Shown: piece after piece, positions 40,501 through 48,067 of the stretch | Layout of the letters: the number at the start of each line of letters is the position of its first letter | Numbering within the stretch: position 1 is the stretch's first letter | DNA from: a virus | Strand: one strand, 5' to 3' | UHGV virus genome: UHGV-0289908 | Length of the DNA: 64,000 nt | The notes under the pieces: model-generated | Seen by the model: only the letters and a program-made list of their open reading frames with translations | Told to the model about the DNA's origin: nothing | Databases searched by the model: none | Position numbers and translations under genes: made by a program

Positions 40501-40621
40501 ACTCTACCCATTTATCTAAATTCTGTTGAAATTTATCTCCATCTGGGTTAGAATAATATGGTATCCCAGTTTTTGGATTGATTACTTTTTCAATAATCTG
40601 CTTGGCTTCTTCTTTATTCAT
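37571..40621 (-). CDS. Terminase large subunit precursor (1016 aa) containing a 444-aa intein
   Basis: Exteins join to give the P-loop FPRGYGK|TFTELL (Walker A GxGKT). Nuclease-domain-like C-terminal half. 572 aa once the intein is removed. Confidence 0.8.
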   Translation of the reverse strand: MNKEEAKQIIEKVINPKTGIPYYSNPDGDKFQQNLDKWVEFISWARFFPDLFLDLITPETGGIRLDLDQRVFIRVLVRFASVYGVFPRGYGKCVSGDTLILTNEGVKEIGSYFNYQDDNVETYIIPKQMTVSNRHKQMENVIAGVYSGYKDTKKIYTEEGIEIEPSLNHPVLVMTTDGNIDWKRTEDLHVGDYLITSRGDNVWGSRTKLTFDMHSWLNSFGGDSKWKIEKNKCNTPTELTEDLALIIGYLLGDGCLTRDNIILFTSKDQDMVERYHSFMNNVIGVEVKQRKTGIDYVVNGKYVREYFRQLGLSQSDAFTKVIPNIILEAPKKYVVKCLQGLFDTDGGVESRAVSFCTASEKMSKQVQTLLLNLGIISNRRTKISKQYQTKSYIITITGSNILKFRDEIGFSCQRKQELLEQRCKEYQGRTIKDIIPNQQSKIREFYESIGENVNKSSHPLYQVANKGGLFTYKKLNQMLNHERFHEAKHCEHFKSLQCENYFYSKIKTIKDSKAHVYDLSLDNTHSFVSNGLVSHNTFTELLALYVTAILYPNINLSMSAQTMQAAAGLVEEKHSEIVRFFPLIGAEIVGKPQFSKDNAEIHFTSGSTISTLANAQSSKGKRRHRLMMEEAALLNDFVFSDALEPIVNVPRRTIGYNPQVDPCEMNGQIHFLTTAYFKNTEYERCLAMVKEMAELKGKIVLGSSWELACEYGRGETRSQLLAKKEKLSPTFFATNYESRWVGSSDSCIIDLNKLFNIRTLPKAELKSDGKSEYYIGVDVARSTKTNNNQTSIVVGKVKRDKKDKVNHIQIVNIVNLPNGTNFTGQAIAVKRLQKLYKAVTVVIDINGLGVGLLDEIMKLHIDPITGEELIAFDTINTEHESDEAEALKCVWALQAQGLNTDIIVNFMNLVENGTLQLLEKVDQNVVANSDQDFLKSTVLPHVQTELLIEEIANLSLEQLNGGKLTVKRNSKSIDKDRYSALVYMIWYIMTHENKAKEEEEDFNIASLYCFSSPKIR
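39014..40345 (-). mobile_element. Intein with a LAGLIDADG homing-endonuclease domain, inserted in the terminase P-loop
   Basis: Begins Cys (CVSGDTLILTNEG, block A) immediately after GYGK. Ends ..VSHN followed by Thr. LAGLIDADG blocks LLGDGCL and LFDTDGGV. Codon boundaries were verified on the DNA (TGT at 40343-40345, CAC AAT then ACA at 39011-39019). Confidence 0.8.
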
Positions 40622-41592
40622 TATAAGTCCTCACTTTCTGACTCTGTGTCTTGTGAGCGACTATAATCAGCTTTACGTTGTTCTAAGAAGTCATAAATTT
40701 CAGAATATTCGCAGTCTGGCAAGTTTTGCATTTTGCGAATGTAGTTGATATAACACCACAGAGTAAAGTCTACCTTATCCTGTGGTTTCTCAATGAACCG
40801 AGGTAGGATAGGGATAACATCAACCGCCTGTTCAACGGCACGTGTTAATTCTCCGAACCCACTAAGCCCCGATGTTAGGTCGTTCTTAGATAACTGACTC
40901 GGGTTGATACGAGCCGAAGTTGCCTGTTTCTGAGCTGCGTCTGCCCATTTTGACGCTTCTTTAAGGTCTCCTCTAGCAGTTGCAAACTCTTCTTTCACAC
41001 GGAAACGACAATATGTAATTAATGCTTCCGTATGTAGAGCTGTATACTCTGGATAGCTTGCTCGTAACTGATTGTATTTTCGGTCAATGGCAATAAGCTC
41101 TTCATCTGTATAACCGAATCCATAAGTCTCTGTAAACTTATAGCGTCGCTCTGGTGACAATTTGTATACATCTGTACGCTCCACTGCTTTGTCATTCATT
41201 AACTTTTCTTCACTTTCGGTAAACATACTATCATCCCAAGTGAAGTCTCGGTACTGGTGCATGGCAATGTCTTTCCAGTACTTCCCGATGATGGCACGTG
41301 GCTCATCATATTTGTTTGCATTTGTTACAAACACATGGTGAATATAAGGTCTGTCTAGTTGCTGTAATGTGCGTTTTAGATTGTCCATATCAATGGCACT
41401 CTTTTCTTCGTTAAGACACTTTTCAACTACACAAGCCTTACAGTATGGCATAAGCCCAGAAGCGGACTTAAAGCTCTTATAGAACTCTGTAGTACGCTTC
41501 TCAGTATTACATTCTGTGCATGTAATCTTTTTAATCTCTGGCTTTTCTTTTTTGGGCACTTTAATAGTACTTAAATCTTTTTTCCGAGACAT
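40621..41592 (-). CDS. Putative terminase small subunit / zinc-ribbon DNA-binding protein (323 aa)
   Basis: Directly upstream of TerL and overlapping it. N-terminal CxxC-x21-CxxC. Confidence 0.4.
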   Translation of the reverse strand: MSRKKDLSTIKVPKKEKPEIKKITCTECNTEKRTTEFYKSFKSASGLMPYCKACVVEKCLNEEKSAIDMDNLKRTLQQLDRPYIHHVFVTNANKYDEPRAIIGKYWKDIAMHQYRDFTWDDSMFTESEEKLMNDKAVERTDVYKLSPERRYKFTETYGFGYTDEELIAIDRKYNQLRASYPEYTALHTEALITYCRFRVKEEFATARGDLKEASKWADAAQKQATSARINPSQLSKNDLTSGLSGFGELTRAVEQAVDVIPILPRFIEKPQDKVDFTLWCYINYIRKMQNLPDCEYSEIYDFLEQRKADYSRSQDTESESEDL

Positions 41593-41642
41593 GATAGCTC
41601 CTCCTTCTTTAAGGAGCTATAGCCCAACTCGATAACTCCTTA

Positions 41643-42821
41643 CTATTTTAAAATAATTTCGTGCAACACTCGACTGCCATCTGCATAATATACAACAAGT
41701 GTTTGTGATGGGTCGTTATTATAACGTTGTCGGTTGGCGAATGTGTCACTACCACATAAGCAACCGTTAATTACAGTGTTGTAAACGGTTTGGAAGTTGT
41801 GGAAATGTCCTAGGTGGACATAGTCAACGTCCATGTTCAAATATTCAGAGAGATTCTTTACTGCATCTTGAGGTTTCTTGCAGTTGTGCCCATGCTCTAA
41901 TGCAACGACACGACCATTACCCAATGTGTAGACTTCAACTTCTTGGTCTACTCCACTCTTCTCGAACTCCATTCCAGTTCGAGCAGTAACTCCCCATTCA
42001 ATTAAGCGAGTAAAGTTTTCCTCATGTAAATGCTCTTTATAGTTGGCATTGATTCTGTCATGATTCCCTGTAACGCTGTGTAGGCGAATGTGTTCTACAC
42101 TAGGAGCTAGTGCTTCGATTGTTAAGCTGATTAGCTCACAAGCGAAACCAACCTGCTCCACAATGTCCATCTGTTGATAGATGCGTGTTGTCGTATGGAT
42201 TAACCCCGACAAAATGTCTCCACAGATGTCAATATTAAGCGTTTTCACGTTGTGCATTTTACAGTACTTGATTGTTTCTCCAACTAAGTGTTCAACTCGT
42301 TTCGTTGCTATCTCTTGATTGAAGTGATTGTGAGGGGTATCAATCCCTAACCCCAAGTGCCAGTCTGACAAGATTAGGCATGCTTCTACATCGCTGTCCA
42401 CCTTTTTGTGGACAATGTTTAAAGTAGGCTTTGCTTTCATTGCTTCAACAATGGCTTCTGCTAGTGCTTCCCAACGTGCTTCCCAACGTAAACGAGTGTT
42501 AATTTCTCGTTGAACATCTTGAAGTCGAACACGCTCTTTGAATAATTCTCTTTTCTTGGCTTCAATGTCTAACATTAAATCGCTACCCGCACTCTCTGAT
42601 TGTGCGTTTGCAACTAATTGAACCATTTCATCATCTAATTGTTCAAGTAGTGGTTTTACAATGTAGTATGCTTTTCTCCCATTGTCGCTTGAGCAGTCAT
42701 AGTCACAAATGGCTTTAGCCCATTCCGAGTAATCCATGTCATACTCTTTGCGATTGTCTGTGATACGTTTAACATACTGCCATTGTGTTTCATCTGTGCG
42801 TTTTCTTAAAATCTCGCTCAC
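41643..42821 (-). CDS. Calcineurin-like metallophosphoesterase (392 aa)
   Basis: Ordered motifs SDWHLG, DICGD, VTGNHD, LEHGH and GHFH fit the phosphoesterase signature (DxH .. GD .. GNHD/E .. H .. GH .. GxH). Confidence 0.7.
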   Translation of the reverse strand: MSEILRKRTDETQWQYVKRITDNRKEYDMDYSEWAKAICDYDCSSDNGRKAYYIVKPLLEQLDDEMVQLVANAQSESAGSDLMLDIEAKKRELFKERVRLQDVQREINTRLRWEARWEALAEAIVEAMKAKPTLNIVHKKVDSDVEACLILSDWHLGLGIDTPHNHFNQEIATKRVEHLVGETIKYCKMHNVKTLNIDICGDILSGLIHTTTRIYQQMDIVEQVGFACELISLTIEALAPSVEHIRLHSVTGNHDRINANYKEHLHEENFTRLIEWGVTARTGMEFEKSGVDQEVEVYTLGNGRVVALEHGHNCKKPQDAVKNLSEYLNMDVDYVHLGHFHNFQTVYNTVINGCLCGSDTFANRQRYNNDPSQTLVVYYADGSRVLHEIILK

Positions 42822-42839
42822 CTTAAAATCCTCCCAGAA

Positions 42840-43094
42840 TTATTTAGTAATAACTAAGGTTTTCATTGGTTCTCCTAAGCTATCATAGTTGTCAGAAGTA
42901 TAGTCTAATAAAATCTCTTCTACCATGTAGCAGTCGTAACCCATGTTTTCAAAATGCTTATATACTTCGTCCATATCAATATGTACTAAGTCATATAAGT
43001 CGTCCCCCATGAAATGTAACTCTGCACGGTCTTCGCCTTCTTTTAATAATTCTGTTCCTAATTCAATTAATGCTTCGGCAGTATATGCGTCCAT
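42840..43094 (-). CDS. Hypothetical acidic protein (84 aa)
   Basis: ORF from the track. Confidence 0.4.
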   Translation of the reverse strand: MDAYTAEALIELGTELLKEGEDRAELHFMGDDLYDLVHIDMDEVYKHFENMGYDCYMVEEILLDYTSDNYDSLGEPMKTLVITK

Positions 43095-43969
43095 TTAAAA
43101 TCACTCCTCTTAAAATCAAAGTCTCAAAACCATCTACCTTAAAGCAGATAAACAGTTTTGAGACTAGGAAGTCTCTATTGTGCAACACCTTGAGCTTCTT
43201 CTACCCTTAAGGCATTGTCTTATTGGTTTGGACAATCAAGCCCATTTCATGTATACTTCCAAGAAATCAATCTTGAAAGGCTAGTTGACGTTGCGTCTTC
43301 CGTTGAGCTTTATTTATTTTACCATTGTCACGCTCTATGACAACAAAGTGTGACTTGTTCCACTATTCTTTATTTTAAGCTAGTCTTAATGGCATAGACT
43401 AGAATCATTATAGGAAACAATGGGTAGTAACACAAACTTAATCGCCCTACCACCCATCCAAAACACTAGGTTTTATAGTTTACAATGGCTTCAACTTTTA
43501 ATTTGTTCCGACACTAGATAAATGTGAGTTGACAACACAATCGGGATTCTTCCCTCGCCAACATGGAGAACTTGTTCCATTAAGACTATTTCAAGTGTCA
43601 CACAATTACAACATAGCCCTCTGTGAGTAAGCACAAGTAGTGTGGTTATTGTAACTTAACGTGCCTGTGGATAATGACCTAGGACGGCTTGACAGTGGTT
43701 GCGACCCTCGTCTGACAAGTCTTACACTCCCTATGTCCAATAAACAACTACGCTAGCTTAATCGCCCGTAGGTTCTGCGTGTACAGTTAGAACACCTCAC
43801 GACTACAGTAGTTATATTTTCTGTCGCACTCTGCAAGCGACTGTCTAGCCCATATGTCTAGCATTAATGATGACAATAAGACTATGGATTGTCGCTATAC
43901 ACGTAGGTCATCACCCCTACGTATGCTCCCCTCTAGCCAAAAGCATGGTGGTCTAATGACCATGTTAAT

Positions 43970-44046
43970 TGGGGTTTCCTGTTGGATTCGAACCAACGAT
44001 AGCTCGGTTATGAGCCGAGAGCTTTGACCGACTAAGCTAAGGAAAC
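43970..44046 (-). tRNA. tRNA-Met (anticodon CAT; could be an initiator, elongator or lysidine-Ile type), CCA encoded
   Basis: Hand-folded reverse complement: acceptor GTTTCCT/AGGAAAC, D stem GCTT/AAGC, anticodon stem CTCGG/CCGAG with loop CTCATAA, T arm GTTGG-TTCGAAT-CCAAC, then C-CCA. Confidence 0.75.
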
Positions 44047-44424
44047 AAAATAAAAAGAATGACCCTCATGACAGCCACGTGGATAGCAGGAGAAAGAGTT
44101 TCAGCTCCCTTAGCCATTACTCGTGGATTTTTATGTAAGTTTAAAGTATCATCTTTCAGCTTTGTAGTATAAATAGCTTTGAAGTTTCAACTTTCAACTT
44201 TAAACCTTCAACTTTGAGCTTTTCCCATGTATAAGTATTTACCCTTGCTCCGACGACTCTCTGCGTCTAGCCGTAAATCTTCCATTTATCTGTATTGTTC
44301 TATAGATAAGCACTTTTGCCCAATATAAGTAGAAAGTAACGATTTATTAACCCAAAACCGTTGGAAAGGGGAATCTCTCTTTGTGCCACTTCGTCACAAG
44401 GGTCATATTATTTATCTAGTCAAA

Positions 44425-45057
44425 TTAGTCTTCAATTACAATCTTAGTGATTGCATTTGAGACTGTTAAAGCAGTGTCAATCTCTAACTCGAAGTCTAAG
44501 ATTTCTTGCTCACGTTTTTCGATTAAGTCACGTAACCCTAATGGGTCTACTAAATCCCAACCGTTTTTGTCACGATATGACTTTTCAAAAGAAGTGATGA
44601 ACTCATCCCTCTTGTTTGCTAAGTCTCCGCTTGCCATAGCCAACACTTGACGTTGGATATAGTCTTCGACTTTATCGTTCTCACGTGAAACTTTTGTTTC
44701 TGCATTGCGAAGAGCCTGCTTCATGCAAGCTAACACTTGTTTTTCGCTCTCAATGGTACGCTTGCGGTCAATGGCTGTCATCACTGAATAAGTAACTCCT
44801 GCAACCTCAATCATTGTTTGAGCGTTGGATGTCATGATGGCATGTTTTAATTGTTGCTGACGTTTTAATAAAGCGTCCGCAGAGTCCATGATTGTTTTAG
44901 CACGCACTGCAAAGTCTGCTACAGGTTCACGAGTTTCAGAAACTCTGTTCTCAGAATTCTTGCGTGTTCCAATGATACGGAAGTCTGATAATCGTTTGTC
45001 AATACGGCTCTCTAAGGTATTTAACTCGTTTAAAGCTCTTTGAACTGTCATTTCCAT
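44425..45057 (-). CDS. Hypothetical protein (210 aa)
   Basis: ORF from the track. Confidence 0.45.
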   Translation of the reverse strand: MEMTVQRALNELNTLESRIDKRLSDFRIIGTRKNSENRVSETREPVADFAVRAKTIMDSADALLKRQQQLKHAIMTSNAQTMIEVAGVTYSVMTAIDRKRTIESEKQVLACMKQALRNAETKVSRENDKVEDYIQRQVLAMASGDLANKRDEFITSFEKSYRDKNGWDLVDPLGLRDLIEKREQEILDFELEIDTALTVSNAITKIVIED

Positions 45058-45098
45058 ATGTATAACATCCCCTTTAAAATAAGTTTTTAAAATCGTTA

Positions 45099-45172
45099 TG
45101 GTGCTCCTACTCAGAATTGAACTGAGATTTCATCATTACCATTGATGTGTTCTGCCATTGAACTATAAGAGC
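45099..45172 (-). tRNA. tRNA-Thr (anticodon GGT), CCA encoded
   Basis: Reverse complement: acceptor GCTCTTA/TAGGAGC, D stem GTTC/GAAC, anticodon stem CATCA/TGATG with loop ATGGTAA, T arm CTCAG-TTCAATT-CTGAG, then A-CCA. Confidence 0.7.
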
Positions 45173-45218
45173 ATTTGTGGGAGGAATCCCACAGACTTTT
45201 ACCTGCATTCTTCCATTT

Positions 45219-45310
45219 TGGCGGACAGGGTGGAATTCGAATCCACGCACGACTAAAAGCCGTCTAATGCCTTAGCAGGGCACCCTCTTAAGCCACTTGA
45301 GTACCTATCC
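45219..45310 (-). tRNA. tRNA-Ser (anticodon GCT), class II with a long variable arm, CCA encoded
   Basis: Reverse complement: acceptor GGATAGG/CCTGTCC (one G-U pair), anticodon stem GTGCC/GGCAT with loop CTGCTAA, ~20-nt variable arm, T arm GTGGA-TTCGAAT-TCCAC, then G-CCA. Confidence 0.65.
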
Positions 45311-45417
45311 ATTTAGAGGGATGTAACACGCATGCCCATCCCTAGGTGTCGTCCGTAGACTTCCACCGCAATTCATATTTGACATTAAAGTCCTCGTAAG
45401 GGTTCTCTAACTGGTCG

Positions 45418-46524
45418 CTAGTAGTTCATTCCTTCAACAGAATAATTATACTCGTCTAAGAACGTATTCAAGTCATCAAGTGAAGATGGCACTGCCACTG
45501 CTCCACACTTGACCTGTTCCATTGCTTCGTCAACTTTTGTGATGGTATCTTCTGTTAAGTTTGGATTTTCCACTGGTAATCCAACACCATCCGCTTTGAT
45601 ATCCATTACAATCGTTTCTCCACCTTTGAAAGTGTTGTTTGCATGGTTTTCCACATGCTCATATGAAGCTCGTCCTAAATTCTTCATGGCAGATGTCAAG
45701 ATGACCGAACTACCATTGGAAATCAATCCTTCTGAATATTGGTCGATGTCAACTCCAACAATGTAAACGCTATCTCCAGACTCTGCTCGGCTCTTTGCTT
45801 CATTAATAGCTCCAACTCCGACTCCACCTGCTGCTTGCATGATAATGTCTGCTCCTTTATCATACATTGCTCCTGCAATAGCCTTTCCTGCGTCTACATC
45901 TGTGAATGTACCTTGATATAAATAGTCAATCACTTCAACATCTGTTCCGTAGATTGCATTGGCATAAGCCACACCTGCTACAAATCCCCATCCTAATTTT
46001 TGAACCGCAGGAACTTTCATTCCTCCAATGAATCCAACTTTGCCCGTTTGTGATTGTAAAGCTGACGCAACTCCCGTTAAGAAGCCTGCTTCATGTTCTG
46101 TGAAGAATACTGAGACGACATTGTCTCCAACTTCATAGTCCGACCCCACTAATGGAGTTCCATCAATCAATACAAAGTTGATGTCTGGGTAAATGGCTTG
46201 GGCTTGCCCTATGGCTTCTTCAAACTTGAATCCTGCCACAACAATGACCTCATTGCCTGCCATTACCAGATTATCAATGGCATTCATATAGTCTTGAGTT
46301 GACTCTCCGCTTGGTTGGATATATTGAATTTCTACGTTCTCATTATCTGCTTGATATTCCAATATTCCTTCCCAAGTCCCTTGGTTGAATGATTTGTCAT
46401 CAATAGTTCCAGAATCTGTAACCATCCCAACTTTTAATGTTGACTCAGATGGGGCAATCTCTTTTTTGCTACAACCGATTAGTGTGAATGCACACACTGC
46501 CAATAATAGTGTAAACTTTTTCAT
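45418..46524 (-). CDS. BMP-family (PnrA/TmpC/Med-like) nucleoside-binding lipoprotein, 368 aa from the corrected start
   Basis: Track ORF 45418..46569. A strong RBS GAGGAGGAAG lies 8 nt before the ATG at 46524. Signal peptide MKKFTLLLAVCAFTLIGC with lipobox LIGC. N-terminus KVGMVTDSGTIDDKSFNQGTWEGI matches the BMP-family signature. Confidence 0.75.
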   Translation of the reverse strand: MKKFTLLLAVCAFTLIGCSKKEIAPSESTLKVGMVTDSGTIDDKSFNQGTWEGILEYQADNENVEIQYIQPSGESTQDYMNAIDNLVMAGNEVIVVAGFKFEEAIGQAQAIYPDINFVLIDGTPLVGSDYEVGDNVVSVFFTEHEAGFLTGVASALQSQTGKVGFIGGMKVPAVQKLGWGFVAGVAYANAIYGTDVEVIDYLYQGTFTDVDAGKAIAGAMYDKGADIIMQAAGGVGVGAINEAKSRAESGDSVYIVGVDIDQYSEGLISNGSSVILTSAMKNLGRASYEHVENHANNTFKGGETIVMDIKADGVGLPVENPNLTEDTITKVDEAMEQVKCGAVAVPSSLDDLNTFLDEYNYSVEGMNY

Positions 46525-46543
46525 GGGTGTTCTTCCTCCTCGT

Positions 46544-46765
46544 TTACATAAAGCAGTCGTCAGTTGCAACTTCTTCGTCTAAATCTTTCTCAGCTTTTGC
46601 TTGGAATGATAATACTCCGTGTTTGTTATCAGCGTTTGCTAATAAATCTTGGATGAAGCAAACTCCTTCATCTTCTGTTTCGATTGTCATGTCGTCAACA
46701 TTTAAAGTCCCAGTGACTTTGATGGTATGAGTTTCGACAATCTTTTCTTGAATTGATTTTGCCAT
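46544..46765 (-). CDS. Hypothetical acidic protein (73 aa)
   Basis: ORF from the track. Overlaps only the spurious N-terminal extension of the lipoprotein ORF. Confidence 0.4.
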   Translation of the reverse strand: MAKSIQEKIVETHTIKVTGTLNVDDMTIETEDEGVCFIQDLLANADNKHGVLSFQAKAEKDLDEEVATDDCFM

Positions 46766-46785
46766 ATTTAAAATCCTCCTTAAAT

Positions 46786-47079
46786 CTAGTTCATCTTTTT
46801 AAAGCGTTCTGTAATGGTGGCTTTAAGCCCCGTATATGGGGGAGATGTTACTCGTTCGCCATTCAGAATGCGAGTCGCTTCTGGTTTGTTCTGCTTATTG
46901 AAGACTACTAGGTCTCCAAATTTAACTGAGTCATAATCTTCTAATGACTCTAAGATTACTCCCTGCACTGTGTCAATGACAAGTGAGGTTGCTTCTTGAG
47001 AGATGTCTAGTCGTCGTGACAATAAGCGAATGAACTCTTGCTTTGGCATTTTCTTAGGTTTCTTTTTCGCCTTTGGCAC
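46786..47079 (-). CDS. HU/IHF-like histone-like DNA-binding protein with a Lys-rich N-terminal tail (97 aa)
   Basis: Alignable to the HU fold: helix-helix N-terminal half, then ..VKFGDLVVFNKQNKPEATRILNGERVTSPPYTGLKATITERFK matching the GFGxFxV..arm..P motif. The N-terminal MPKAKKKPKKMPK tail is an add-on. Confidence 0.55.
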   Translation of the reverse strand: MPKAKKKPKKMPKQEFIRLLSRRLDISQEATSLVIDTVQGVILESLEDYDSVKFGDLVVFNKQNKPEATRILNGERVTSPPYTGLKATITERFKKMN

Positions 47080-47298
47080 TTAAAATCCTCCTTAAAATTT
47101 ATTTGTATGTCATGTTTGTTAAGTCTAATTAAAAAGAGCGACACTAGGTCGCCCATACATAAAAGGAAAAGAGAGAGAATGAAAAATGAAATGAAACATG
47201 GAGGGCGAGACACTTGTCCCTATATTCCCCTCCACGTAAAGAAAATGGACTAAAATCGCTAGAGCCCAAGTACTTCTTGGGCTCGAGGGCATTTTCTA

Positions 47299-48066
47299 TT
47301 ACTCTACTTTTTCATTTTTTCGGTTTTTTCGTGCTTTTTCTGCACTTACTCTTTTGTGCTCTCGTTGTTTCTCTTTGGTACATTCGGAGCAATATTTGGT
47401 TTTATTCCCCTTTATTATTACTCGCTTACCACACTCTTTGCAGTTGATGACTTTTGCTCCCTTATATGTACAATAATCCACAATAAAGTCTTCAAAAGAA
47501 GTAATTGTCATAGCGGGCTCACCTTCAAAATCAATATAATTAATTTTCATAGCACACTTTCCAGAGCGGACAGAGTTAAACACATACCCCAATTCCTCAA
47601 GTGTCCCAATCATCAGTTCTCGATTTACGGAGTTGCGATTCACTTTAATGTCCTTAAATAACTCGGAAGAGTTCTTTAACACTATCCACTCTCCGTTTCT
47701 TCCCTTGGCTTTATTGTCTATCTTTAATAGTACAAGTAATCCAAAAGCTAGACGCTCCAGTGCTTCATTTTTTAACATTCCGATTGCATTAAGTTCTGTT
47801 TGGGTAATGTGGATTTGTTCTACAGCGTTTAATTTAGAATCCTGTTTTGATTTGATGTCTCGTTTCAACTTCATCTTCCATGCTTTAGAGTTCCCCGTTG
47901 CTTCTTCCATGAATTCCATCATCTTATCCATTACCTCTTCTGGGGATAGTCCTAAGTGATAGAAGTATTTAATTAAAACAGATATCTCAGTAGACGGTTT
48001 GCTACTGAGCTGTTTAGTTTCTAAAATCTGTTCTGCGTATTTTTTCTCATTTGGAATAATTTTCAT
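47299..48066 (-). CDS. Hypothetical protein with a C-terminal zinc ribbon (CKECGKR..CSECTK), 255 aa
   Basis: ORF from the track. Immediately downstream of the RNAP-like gene. Confidence 0.45.
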   Translation of the reverse strand: MKIIPNEKKYAEQILETKQLSSKPSTEISVLIKYFYHLGLSPEEVMDKMMEFMEEATGNSKAWKMKLKRDIKSKQDSKLNAVEQIHITQTELNAIGMLKNEALERLAFGLLVLLKIDNKAKGRNGEWIVLKNSSELFKDIKVNRNSVNRELMIGTLEELGYVFNSVRSGKCAMKINYIDFEGEPAMTITSFEDFIVDYCTYKGAKVINCKECGKRVIIKGNKTKYCSECTKEKQREHKRVSAEKARKNRKNEKVE

Positions 48067-48067
48067 T

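Noticed and set aside
37571-40621. Two separate genes (terminase plus stand-alone homing endonuclease)
   Set aside because: The reading frame is continuous for 1016 codons, and the insert is bounded by Cys1 and HN/Thr+1 exactly within the P-loop. It is an intein rather than a separate ORF.
43100-43960. Additional tRNA genes or a CRISPR array in the ORF-free stretch
   Set aside because: No T-loop (GTTCRANYC) plus acceptor complementarity could be found by eye apart from tRNA-Met. There are no regularly spaced direct repeats. Left as an open question rather than a call.
45311-45417. A fourth tRNA between tRNA-Ser and the lipoprotein gene
   Set aside because: Only a hairpin (GGGATGGGCATGCGTGTTACATCCC) plus a T-rich run is present. 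This fits a terminator for the lipoprotein gene, not a cloverleaf.
45418-46569. Lipoprotein ORF start at 46569 (MQLTTALCKRGGRTP...)
   Set aside because: There is no RBS there. A strong GAGGAGGAAG precedes the internal ATG at 46524, which begins a canonical signal peptide.
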